DNA of 64,000 nucleotides from an uncultured Gammaproteobacteria bacterium (GTDB lineage Bacteria; Patescibacteriota; Patescibacteriia; UBA11705; DATKZF01): NCBI GenBank assembly GCA_964411255.1, contig CAYPKD010000004.1, positions 13,093 to 77,092 of the forward strand, read 5' to 3'. Shown piece by piece: positions 9,517 to 18,056 of this stretch (position 1 is its first letter; each line of letters starts with the position of its first letter). The notes under the pieces were generated by a model. It saw only the letters and a program-made list of their open reading frames with translations, ran no database searches and was not told where the DNA came from. The position numbers and the translations under genes were made by a program.

Positions 9517-10287
9517 ATGAAATCAGAAAAAGCTGCACAATCACTCGAATTCCAGCTTAAAATGGCCCGCCCGCGGCGGGCAGAGGTTAAGCGTGTGCCT
9601 TTAACTCCAGAAGAGAAAGAATTTTTAGGAAAAATTATGGATAAAGCAGTGGCTGCGGAAAAGGCGGGGAAATTGCAGGAAGCATTCGATTTATATACTG
9701 ACTATAAAAATGAATTGTTGAAGATTAAAGAGATAAAAGAGAAAGAAGAGAGAGGAAAAATTCAATGGACAAAGGAAATGCTGGTAAAGTGGGCAGAAGA
9801 TATTGGTAAAGATGAAACACTTGTTGAAAAAATTTTTGATTTAACTAAGTTACCAAAATTAGAGACAAAAACATCTACAAATTTAGGTTTTTTAGAAATT
9901 AAATTTTCCATGGATGAGTGTCCAGCTAATATGACGGTTAATGGAAATCTTGATCTTACAAGAGCTGAGGTGGCAAGCTGGATCGGATCTGGCTTGATAG
10001 TTAAAGGTAATTGTGACTGTTCTAAGACTAAGATAAAAACATTACCAGAAAACATTAGGATTGAAGGTGACTTAATATTAAAGGATTCAAAAATCGAACA
10101 TCTACCTGAAAATATAATAATTATGGGTGATTTAAAATTATCAAATTCAAATATTAGGAATTTGCCTGATAATTTAATTGTTCATGGAAATGTTTATATG
10201 AGAATGTGCAGGGCAGATGCAGTTTTGAAAGCACAAGAGCTGAGAAAGCAGGGAAAAATTAAAGGTTCAGTTTATGCTCGTGCATGA
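9517..10287 (+). CDS. paralog family member A5 (clearest 20/21-aa LPENIxIxGDLxL repeats)
   Basis: N-terminal module. Three tandem repeats: KIKTLPENIRIEGDLILKDS, KIEHLPENIIIMGDLKLSNSN and IRNLPDNLIVHGNVYM. Tail ..RKQGKIKGSVYARA. Confidence 0.8.
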   Translation: MKSEKAAQSLEFQLKMARPRRAEVKRVPLTPEEKEFLGKIMDKAVAAEKAGKLQEAFDLYTDYKNELLKIKEIKEKEERGKIQWTKEMLVKWAEDIGKDETLVEKIFDLTKLPKLETKTSTNLGFLEIKFSMDECPANMTVNGNLDLTRAEVASWIGSGLIVKGNCDCSKTKIKTLPENIRIEGDLILKDSKIEHLPENIIIMGDLKLSNSNIRNLPDNLIVHGNVYMRMCRADAVLKAQELRKQGKIKGSVYARA

Positions 10288-10368
10288 TAATGCCCTGTGG
10301 ATAAGTTAATTTGACTAAACGCGCAAAAATAAGTAGTATTTACAACAAATTCAATAAATTTAATTTAT

Positions 10369-10824
10369 ATGACACCAGTATTAACCCCTGAAGGCAGGGA
10401 AAAAATTGAAAAAGAACTAGATTACCTAAAAAACACAAAAAGAAAAGAAGTATCTGAAAAAATTGAAAAGGCTAAAGAACTGGGTGATTTATCAGAAAAT
10501 GCAGAGTATCACGAAGCGAAAGATGAGCAGGGTATGATGGAAGCACGAATTATCCAGCTCGAATCAATATTAAAAAGCGCAGTCGTAACTGAAAATGACG
10601 GAAAGACAGACAAGGTAAATGTTGGTTGTGAAGTGGTAGTAAAGTCAAAATTGGGAGAACAGACCTTTAAAATTGTCGGCTACAACGAAGCAGACCCGGC
10701 AAAAGGCTTTATTTCCAATGAATCTCCCTTGGGCAGCGCATTTATGAGCAGAAAAAAAGGTGAGAAAGTAAATGTGGAAGTTCCAGCAGGAGAGATTGAG
10801 TATGAAATTTTAGAAATTAAGTAA
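10369..10824 (+). CDS. greA: transcription elongation factor GreA
   Basis: Coiled-coil N-domain with ..LSENAEYHEAKDEQ.. and a C-terminal FKBP-like domain (..GFISNESPLGSAFMSRKKGEKV..). Confidence 0.9.
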   Translation: MTPVLTPEGREKIEKELDYLKNTKRKEVSEKIEKAKELGDLSENAEYHEAKDEQGMMEARIIQLESILKSAVVTENDGKTDKVNVGCEVVVKSKLGEQTFKIVGYNEADPAKGFISNESPLGSAFMSRKKGEKVNVEVPAGEIEYEILEIK

Positions 10825-10898
10825 ATTGTATTAAACGTGATTAGTTTATTTTTTATTTTTAAAAATTTTTATATAAGCACCAGAAAAGGAGGGGAAAG

Positions 10899-11438
10899 GT
10901 GGCTGATAGCAGAACTTATTTATGTGAAATAGTTAAAGCAGATGCTGAGTTCTTAATTAGCATAAAAGATGTTATTGCTGACAGAATTAACGGTGAAATA
11001 ACTGATTCAGTTGATGGTAATAAAAAAAAGAAAAAGAAAAAACAGAAGACACTGTTTGCTTTTCGTACAAAACGAATGCCTGGAAGTATTGGTGTGCTGA
11101 TTAAAGATAATAATTTTGCATTTGTTAGCAATAATCATTCTGGTCAATCCAGTCATTTGAAAAGAGTTATTATTATGACGTATTTGCAGAAAATGATGCA
11201 ACATGTTTTTAAAAAATATGGATTTAGGCTGATTGCTGAAGGAATAAAAGAGACTACTTTTAGTAAAAAAATATTGGCTGGTGAACTGCAAGTGAAGATG
11301 CAGATTAATCATGATAATGATAAAGTAAGGTTTGAATACGAAGGAGGTAATGTGAGGTTTAATGTGATGATTTTGGAAATAAGGGAGATTTTGGAACAAA
11401 AGGGCATTAGATTATTTCAACCAAGACTTAAATTATAA
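10899..11438 (+). CDS. hypothetical protein (GTG start after AAGGAGG; internal poly-Lys tract)
   Basis: ORF track. RBS aaggagg 6 nt upstream. K8 tract encoded by an A-rich run at about 11023-11048. Confidence 0.4.
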   Translation: MADSRTYLCEIVKADAEFLISIKDVIADRINGEITDSVDGNKKKKKKKQKTLFAFRTKRMPGSIGVLIKDNNFAFVSNNHSGQSSHLKRVIIMTYLQKMMQHVFKKYGFRLIAEGIKETTFSKKILAGELQVKMQINHDNDKVRFEYEGGNVRFNVMILEIREILEQKGIRLFQPRLKL

Positions 11439-11635
11439 GAGATTTCAGAACATAATCTGAAGTCTTTTTTGGTTGTGTAAATGTTGCGAAAAAGCGTAAA
11501 ACAAGGTAGAATACAGACTATAATCAGAATTTTATGAATTGTTGCATTATAAAAAGTTTATTAATTTTTATTTCCCCCTCGGGGGCAAGATTTTTTTAAT
11601 TTTACTTTTTAATTTTTACTTTTTAATTTATTCAT

Positions 11636-12916
11636 ATGCTAGATATAAAATTCATCAGAGAAAACCCAAAATTAATAAAAAAAACAGCCCAGCAAAAGGG
11701 TATTGATTTAGATTTAAAAAGATTATTAAAGCTGGATGAAAAAAGAAGAGAGTTCCAGCAGGAAATTGAGCAAATTAAATCAAATAAAAAAGAGTTTAAT
11801 AAACAAATTGCGCAAGTTTCTGAAGAAGAAAAGAAGCAGGTTTTAAAAACATTAAAGAAACAGTCAAAAAAAGAAAAAAAGCTGGAAGCAAAATATAAGC
11901 GAATTTATGATGAGTTTACAGATTTGATGCTTCATGTGCCGCAAATAATGGATGACCGTATTCCAGAAGGTAAAGATGATTCTGAAAATATTGAAATTGA
12001 CAGCTGGGGAGATATTCCTGAGTTTGCTTTTGATATTAAAGATCATGTTGAACTGGGTAAAAAATTAGGAATTATTGATATTGAACGTGGTGTAAAAATT
12101 GGCGGAACCCGTTCATACTTTTTAGTAGGGGATGGAGCGCGATTAGAACAAGCAATTCTGCAGTTTGCTTTGAATAAGATGGTAAAGAAAGGATATAAGC
12201 TTTTAAGTGTACCGACAATTGTTAATAAAGATTCTTTAGTTGGGACAGGTTATTTTCCGGGAGCTGAAGATCAAACCTATTATATTGAAAAAGATGATAA
12301 ATATTTAGTTGGAACATCTGAAGTTTCTGTAACATCTTATCATGCTGATGAAGTTTTAAATCAGGAAGCTTTGCCAAAAAAATACATTGGTATTTCAGGC
12401 TGTTATCGAAGAGAAGCCGGTACTTATGGAAAAGATACGCATGGTTTGTATCGGGTGCATCAATTTAATAAAGTTGAGCAGGTTGTTGTTTGTAAAAATG
12501 ATCCGGAAATTTCAAAGCAAATGCATGAAGAACTTATGCAAAATGCCAAAGAAGTTTTGCAGGATTTAAAACTCCCTTATCGTGTTGTCGTATTATGCAG
12601 CGGTGATATGGGCTTAGGAAAATATTATGCCAATGACATTGAGACCTGGATGCCTTCTCGAAAATCTTATGGTGAAACTCATTCTTGTACAACTTTTTAT
12701 GATTTCCAGGCCAGAAGATTGAATTTACGATTTAGAGACATGGATGGAAAAGTTCATTATTGCCATACATTGAATAACACAGTGATTGCAACGCCCAGGA
12801 TATTAATTCCACTTTTAGAAATTTATCAAAATCCTGACGGATCAGTTGAAATACCAGAGGTTTTAAGGCCGTATATGGGAGGGCAGGAGAGGATAGAGGG
12901 AATTTCTAATGTTTAA
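11636..12916 (+). CDS. serS: seryl-tRNA synthetase
   Basis: N-terminal coiled-coil arm. Class II motifs (..GYFPGAEDQTYYIE.., ..FRREAGTYGKDTHGLYRVHQF.., ..GLGKYYANDIETW..). Confidence 0.9.
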   Translation: MLDIKFIRENPKLIKKTAQQKGIDLDLKRLLKLDEKRREFQQEIEQIKSNKKEFNKQIAQVSEEEKKQVLKTLKKQSKKEKKLEAKYKRIYDEFTDLMLHVPQIMDDRIPEGKDDSENIEIDSWGDIPEFAFDIKDHVELGKKLGIIDIERGVKIGGTRSYFLVGDGARLEQAILQFALNKMVKKGYKLLSVPTIVNKDSLVGTGYFPGAEDQTYYIEKDDKYLVGTSEVSVTSYHADEVLNQEALPKKYIGISGCYRREAGTYGKDTHGLYRVHQFNKVEQVVVCKNDPEISKQMHEELMQNAKEVLQDLKLPYRVVVLCSGDMGLGKYYANDIETWMPSRKSYGETHSCTTFYDFQARRLNLRFRDMDGKVHYCHTLNNTVIATPRILIPLLEIYQNPDGSVEIPEVLRPYMGGQERIEGISNV

Positions 12917-12926
12917 TTACTAGGTT

Positions 12927-13373
12927 ATGAACATCGAAGTCGATTATTGCCCAACATCAGAAAGAAAACATTATTTCATTTCAGTTGGCCTAAATAAAAA
13001 GGAGGCAATTTCTTTTGATCACACGCTAAAGGGACATCGTATCCTTAAGCAAGTGCTGGTGGAAAAAATATCACAAAAAGAAGCTGTCGAAAAATATGGA
13101 AAAGTAACTGCTGAATGGGACACAATTATCCTTAAAGACGGGAAATTTGTCAAAAAATATCACAATAAATGGATTGATCGTGATAAGCTTGATACTGTCA
13201 ATGGCCAGACATGGGAAACTGTATGGGAAAAACCAATTAGTGAAGATGTTGATGAAAGATTGCTGTATTATTCTCGTCTTATTTCTGATAACTACGAAAA
13301 TCTGGATAAATTTTCCAGAGAAATGAAAGGCTTTGAAGAGTTTATGTTAAAAGAAATTGCAAAATATAAGTAG
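12927..13373 (+). CDS. hypothetical protein
   Basis: ORF track only. Confidence 0.35.
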   Translation: MNIEVDYCPTSERKHYFISVGLNKKEAISFDHTLKGHRILKQVLVEKISQKEAVEKYGKVTAEWDTIILKDGKFVKKYHNKWIDRDKLDTVNGQTWETVWEKPISEDVDERLLYYSRLISDNYENLDKFSREMKGFEEFMLKEIAKYK

Positions 13374-13443
13374 GGCCGGAGAGGATTGAGAGAATTTTTA
13401 ATTCCTAATTATTAATTTCTATCTAATTTGTAAAGTATTCAAA

Positions 13444-13905
13444 ATGAGAGATAATAAAAAATTGTATCTGCTTATTACATTATTTACTGTCATATTGTTA
13501 CTTGGATTTCTTGTTGTAATGGTTTTAATAGAACCTCTTTACCAGAAAGTAACTCAACCATATTTTAATTTTTTGGAAAGAGTTGGTTATTATGAGCATG
13601 TCTATCAACCTTTCTGCATTAAATTTTGTCTACATAATTTAATTCATGATCTGCCGTATATTTTTGCTTACATTTCCCCAATAGTTGGAACTGTTTTGCT
13701 TATTTATTACGCCTTGAGCAATGATAGAGCTTATATTCGACATCTTTTTTCAAAAGAATTTGATCCAGAAAAAGAAAAAATCAGAACAGTTGATGCTGGA
13801 AATGTGAAACAAAATTATCTTTTTTATGGTATTATTATTGTATTCTTTGCCCTTATATTTATTTTTATTCTTTTACCAATGTTAGTGATATTGTTGGATA
13901 GATAA
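13444..13905 (+). CDS. hypothetical membrane protein
   Basis: ORF track. Hydrophobic N- and C-terminal segments. Confidence 0.35.
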   Translation: MRDNKKLYLLITLFTVILLLGFLVVMVLIEPLYQKVTQPYFNFLERVGYYEHVYQPFCIKFCLHNLIHDLPYIFAYISPIVGTVLLIYYALSNDRAYIRHLFSKEFDPEKEKIRTVDAGNVKQNYLFYGIIIVFFALIFIFILLPMLVILLDR

Positions 13906-13952
13906 TTTTTAATATCTAATTCATAATGTCTAATAAATAAAAAAAATAAAAT

Positions 13953-14130
13953 ATGAAATACAAGGTTCACAGGCTGGATATTAAAACTAATAAAGAACAG
14001 GACAGATTAGAGCAATACCTTAATAATTTAGAAGGAGAAGTGGTTGCAATAATTCCAAATGTCAGCACTTTATTCTTGTGTTATGGCGCAAAGGTAAATT
14101 CAGTTATTATAGTAGAAAAATCAAATATAT
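13953..14130 (+). CDS. possible small protein (58 aa, MKYKVHRLDIK..)
   Basis: Manual translation of an intergenic ORF below the track length cutoff. No family recognised. Confidence 0.2.
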
Positions 14131-14362
14131 AAAACAAAATTATGCTAAAAAAAATATTTTCTAGCACAAAGTTTAAAATTTATTTTTTAATTTTATGTAT
14201 TATTGCAACAAAATGATATGTGGTTTACAGATATTAATGAAGATGATCAGATAATTGCCAATATGAAAACTGAAGATGGTCAAAAAGAGGTCAAGCTTGA
14301 TCCTAAAACAGGAAATGAAATTTTAGAATAAAAAAGAACCCAAATGTTGAGTCCTGAATTTG

Positions 14363-14866
14363 TTAATTTGCATCAGGCTTAAGGCTAATCCATGCTTTAC
14401 AGCCTCCTGTCTTTAATGTAATATTGCAATCTATTTTTTTGAAAAGAGCTGGATCTTCAAGTATAAAAGTTGAAATACCTAGCCAGGCAAAGTGGGAATT
14501 CTTATCTGGTAATGATGAAAATTCAGACATCCTTTTCCAAATGGTATCATTACGAATTGATGCAAGTATCTCATTGGCATCAAATGCCCAGATATAGATG
14601 TAAGGATACATGTTTAGTGCCATTGAATCAATAGAAACGCGGCCTTGATTCGAATTAATAATATCTAATAGCATGCATTCAACTGCAGCAATATGCTTTG
14701 CCAGCTCAATTCCAGTAAGCTGAACAACCCATTCACCATAATCATAATAATCAGAATCTATTGCCCATGGAGTCCAAATTATCAGTTTTTTTAATAAAAG
14801 AGCTGCCTTTTGTTCATATGAAGCAGCCAGATCAGCAAAATTTGTATCAGTCGTTTGTTTATCCAT
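14363..14866 (-). CDS. hypothetical protein, tandem paralog 1 of 2 (ends ..SLKPDAN)
   Basis: Shares LAKHIAA(V/I)ECML, WTPWA/WYPAS and C-terminal SLKPD(A/N)N with 14970..15572. Confidence 0.5.
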   Translation of the reverse strand: MDKQTTDTNFADLAASYEQKAALLLKKLIIWTPWAIDSDYYDYGEWVVQLTGIELAKHIAAVECMLLDIINSNQGRVSIDSMALNMYPYIYIWAFDANEILASIRNDTIWKRMSEFSSLPDKNSHFAWLGISTFILEDPALFKKIDCNITLKTGGCKAWISLKPDAN

Positions 14867-14969
14867 GATAATCTCCTTGGCCCAGGTTTCATGAAGTATA
14901 TTAGATTGTATGGTAATATGTTAGAATTGTCAAGAATTAAAAAGAACCCAAATGTAGGTTCTAAATCAA

Positions 14970-15572
14970 TTAATTATTATCAGGCTTTAGGCTGAGATGA
15001 GCTTCTTGATTGTGATTTGTCAGAGTAACTGTATAATCAATTTTGGTAAAGAGATTCAGATCTTCAAGCATGAAGGCTGTAATTAGCAGCCATGCAATGT
15101 AAGAATCACCTGTCGAAAGCCCAGAATACATGGACATCCTTTGCGAGATTCTATTTGGTGAAATTCTTATATTTTCATCAGGCATATTAGTTGCATGAAT
15201 GTAAGGCACTAAAGCAATTGCTTTGATAGACACCTCACCCAGATAAGAGAATAAAGCTTCTATCAGCATGCATTCAATTGCTGCAATGTGTTTTGCTAAT
15301 TTAATTGGATTTATATAAAATACCCACTCTGCAAAAGATTCAGGATTTTCCAACTGATTCACAGAAGCTGGATACCAGAGTATTAATTTGTTCAATAAAG
15401 CATGTGCTTTCATTTCATATTGAGCAGCAATATCAGCAATACTGGAATCTGGCGTATTTTCAGCCATGATGTCCTCCTTGATTGGGTTTCTGATACGATA
15501 TTTGATTATATAACAAATTATATATTTTGTCAAACTTGTTATGTTTAAGGCATTTTTTATAAAGAGAGACAA
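14970..15572 (-). CDS. hypothetical protein, tandem paralog 2 of 2
   Basis: Paralog of 14363..14866. Has its own terminator hairpin (GAACC..GGTTC plus T-run) and a TTGACA-N17-TACAAT promoter in the spacer. Confidence 0.5.
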   Translation of the reverse strand: MSLFIKNALNITSLTKYIICYIIKYRIRNPIKEDIMAENTPDSSIADIAAQYEMKAHALLNKLILWYPASVNQLENPESFAEWVFYINPIKLAKHIAAIECMLIEALFSYLGEVSIKAIALVPYIHATNMPDENIRISPNRISQRMSMYSGLSTGDSYIAWLLITAFMLEDLNLFTKIDYTVTLTNHNQEAHLSLKPDNN

Positions 15573-15608
15573 GTAAATCAGGTTTTAAGGGCTTGTCTTG
15601 CTAGATCT

Positions 15609-16742
15609 ATGTTTAAAGCATTCTACAATAAATATCTATCAAAACTTGAAAGAAAGATAAATACCTTAAATAGGGTAGAAGTAATATCGAAAAACATATT
15701 ACATAATTTTGATTTTTTTCAAAAAGAGAACAGCCATGCAAAAATTTTTCCAGTTTTAAAATCAAATGCATATGGCCATGGGTTAAAGCAAGTAGTTCAA
15801 ATATTAGAGAGTAGGGGAGTAGAGTATTATGTGGTAGATAGTTATTATGAAGCATTGCAGATTAAAGAAATTTCAAATAAAAAAGTATTAATGATTGGTT
15901 ATACAAAGCCGGAGAATTATCAATATTTTAAATGGAAAAATTTAGCTGTTACAATTTTTGATTTGATAAGTTTAAAAACGCTAGGGGAATTAGGCAAGCT
16001 CATAAATGTGCATTTATTTGTGAATACAGGAATGAATCGTGAGGGAATTGCTATTAAAGATTTACCGCTATATTTAACTGAACTAAAAAAGTATTCAGCC
16101 TTAAATATGGAAGGAATTTGCACTCATTTAGCTGATGCTGATGGCCAAACTGATGACTTTACTCAAAAGCAGGTTGCGGAATTTAAAAAAGCTTTACAGC
16201 TTGTTAAAGATGCTGGATTTAATCCAAAGTATAAGCATATTTCTGCAACTGGCGGTACTTATAAAATAACAGAATCAGAATTCAATGCTATTCGATTAGG
16301 AATTGGTTTGTATGGCTATAACCCAGCAAAACTATTTGATCAAAGCCTAAAACCTGCAATCAGAGTGATTTCAACCATTGTATCAACTCAGAATTTAAAT
16401 TCTGGTGATAAAGTCAGCTATAATTGCACCTTTACTGCAGAAAAAGATATGAAAATTGGAATAATCCCAGTAGGGTATTATGAATGTTTTGATAGAAAGC
16501 TTTCAAATATAGGTTATGTAAAGGCAAATGGTCAGTTTTTGCCAATAACTGGCAGAGTTTGTATGAATTTAACATGCATTGATGTGAATGATTTGGATCT
16601 GAATATAGGGGATGAAATTATTGCAATAAGTGACAATATAAATGATAAAAATTCAGTTGAAAACATAGCAAAAATGACAGATACAATATCTTATGAGGTC
16701 TTAACTCGCATAAACAGTTCAATCAGGAGAAAAGTAGTGTGA
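15609..16742 (+). CDS. alr: alanine racemase
   Basis: PLP-lysine motif (..VLKSNAYGHG..). Barrel plus C-terminal beta domain organisation. Confidence 0.9.
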   Translation: MFKAFYNKYLSKLERKINTLNRVEVISKNILHNFDFFQKENSHAKIFPVLKSNAYGHGLKQVVQILESRGVEYYVVDSYYEALQIKEISNKKVLMIGYTKPENYQYFKWKNLAVTIFDLISLKTLGELGKLINVHLFVNTGMNREGIAIKDLPLYLTELKKYSALNMEGICTHLADADGQTDDFTQKQVAEFKKALQLVKDAGFNPKYKHISATGGTYKITESEFNAIRLGIGLYGYNPAKLFDQSLKPAIRVISTIVSTQNLNSGDKVSYNCTFTAEKDMKIGIIPVGYYECFDRKLSNIGYVKANGQFLPITGRVCMNLTCIDVNDLDLNIGDEIIAISDNINDKNSVENIAKMTDTISYEVLTRINSSIRRKVV

Positions 16743-16743
16743 T

Positions 16744-17556
16744 ATGAAAAAAATTAAAAGGGATTTTGTAAACACTGACTATCAAAATCCAAGAAAAAAA
16801 ATAAATACAAAAAATAGAAAAAAAAAGATAATATTAATATCAGTCATTTTCATAATTCTAACTTTTATTTCAATTTCCGTTTTTATTTTAGTTGGGCCGC
16901 AATTTCGTATTGAGCAAATCGAGATTTTGGGCTTAAAAAATATTAAAAGAGAAAACATTGAAAAAATAATAGATCAGGAACTTAATAAAGGAATAATATT
17001 CAAGCATAATAATATTTTTTTATTCAATATTAATACGATTGAACAAAGTATTTCAAAAACATATATATTAGAGAGTTTTGAAATAGAAAAGACCTTTAAT
17101 CCAACACAAATAAGCATCCTTTTAGAAGAAAAAGTCTCAGCATTAACATATATAACAACAGAAGAGTGCTTTAATATAGATATTAATGGCCTTATTGTCG
17201 AACCATGTAATGAATTAAGCAATGAATTTATTCAAATCCGGGATGAAAGCGGAGAAAAGTTATATGCTGGAGATTTAGCTTTAGATAAACAAACAGTTGA
17301 TTATATTATAAAATTAAACGATGAACTGCAGGCGCAGGGTATTGAAATCAGAACATACAAGCTTCCCTCAAGAGACAGAAGTGATTTGCGGGTCGTTACA
17401 GGTAAGGGCTTTGAGATATACCTTAATATGAATTTTGAGATAGATGAGCAGCTTAAAAGGTTTAATATATTGGTTAGAGAGGAGATAGGAGCGGATAAGC
17501 TAAATACAATTCAGTATATTGATCTAAGATTTGGTGATAAGGTGTTTTACAAATAA
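16744..17556 (+). CDS. FtsQ/DivIB-like cell-division protein (TM plus POTRA)
   Basis: Basic N-terminus and a single TM. ..FRIEQIEILGLKNIKRENIEKII.. is POTRA-like. Confidence 0.55.
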   Translation: MKKIKRDFVNTDYQNPRKKINTKNRKKKIILISVIFIILTFISISVFILVGPQFRIEQIEILGLKNIKRENIEKIIDQELNKGIIFKHNNIFLFNINTIEQSISKTYILESFEIEKTFNPTQISILLEEKVSALTYITTEECFNIDINGLIVEPCNELSNEFIQIRDESGEKLYAGDLALDKQTVDYIIKLNDELQAQGIEIRTYKLPSRDRSDLRVVTGKGFEIYLNMNFEIDEQLKRFNILVREEIGADKLNTIQYIDLRFGDKVFYK

Positions 17557-17621
17557 TTAGATTGGTAGATCAGTAGAATGGTAGATTGGTAGGAAAAAAT
17601 GTGTACTATATTTTGCGACGC

Positions 17622-18056
17622 ATAGTGGGCGAGAAGAGCGGTGAAGTAGAGAACAGAATAAAAAAAGAAAAGTATGAAGGCTTGCCCAGCTCTCTTCTAA
17701 CACAAAGAATAAAAATTTTAATACATATATGTATCTGAGACATCAGATTTTTTTTATTTAAAAAAAAATTTAAATCCATGATACCTAGGATTCAAAAATT
17801 TTCTTAGAGGATCAATTTGAGCCTATAAAATAAGGCTAAAATTCATATTGAATGAAGCCCAAAATTGCGATTTAAGGCTTATTCTGAGTATTTACGACAA
17901 CTGATACCTTAAAGGCGTTGCAAAATGCCCAGAACCTTATACGACACATACGTAACCTCGTAAATATGGCCCATGTGTCGTATAAGGTATATTGGGCGAC
18001 ACATAATATTCCCCTTAATCCTTATAATTAAGCACTACTCTTCTCGCCCATACAAT
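17622..18056. mobile_element. MITE-like non-autonomous element remnant bounded by about 19-bp terminal inverted repeats
   Basis: GTGGGCGAGAAGAGCGGTG at 17622-17640 versus the reverse complement of 18038-18056 (ATGGGCGAGAAGAGTAGTG), 17/19 matching. Internal perfect 16-bp inverted repeat ACCTTATACGACACAT / ATGTGTCGTATAAGGT at about 17937-17990. No coding capacity. Confidence 0.35.

Noticed and set aside
6635-10287. Regularly spaced direct repeats, so possible CRISPR array?
   Set aside because: Repeat units are about 700 bp protein-coding genes, not 25-40 bp repeats with unique spacers. No cas genes. These are paralog arrays.
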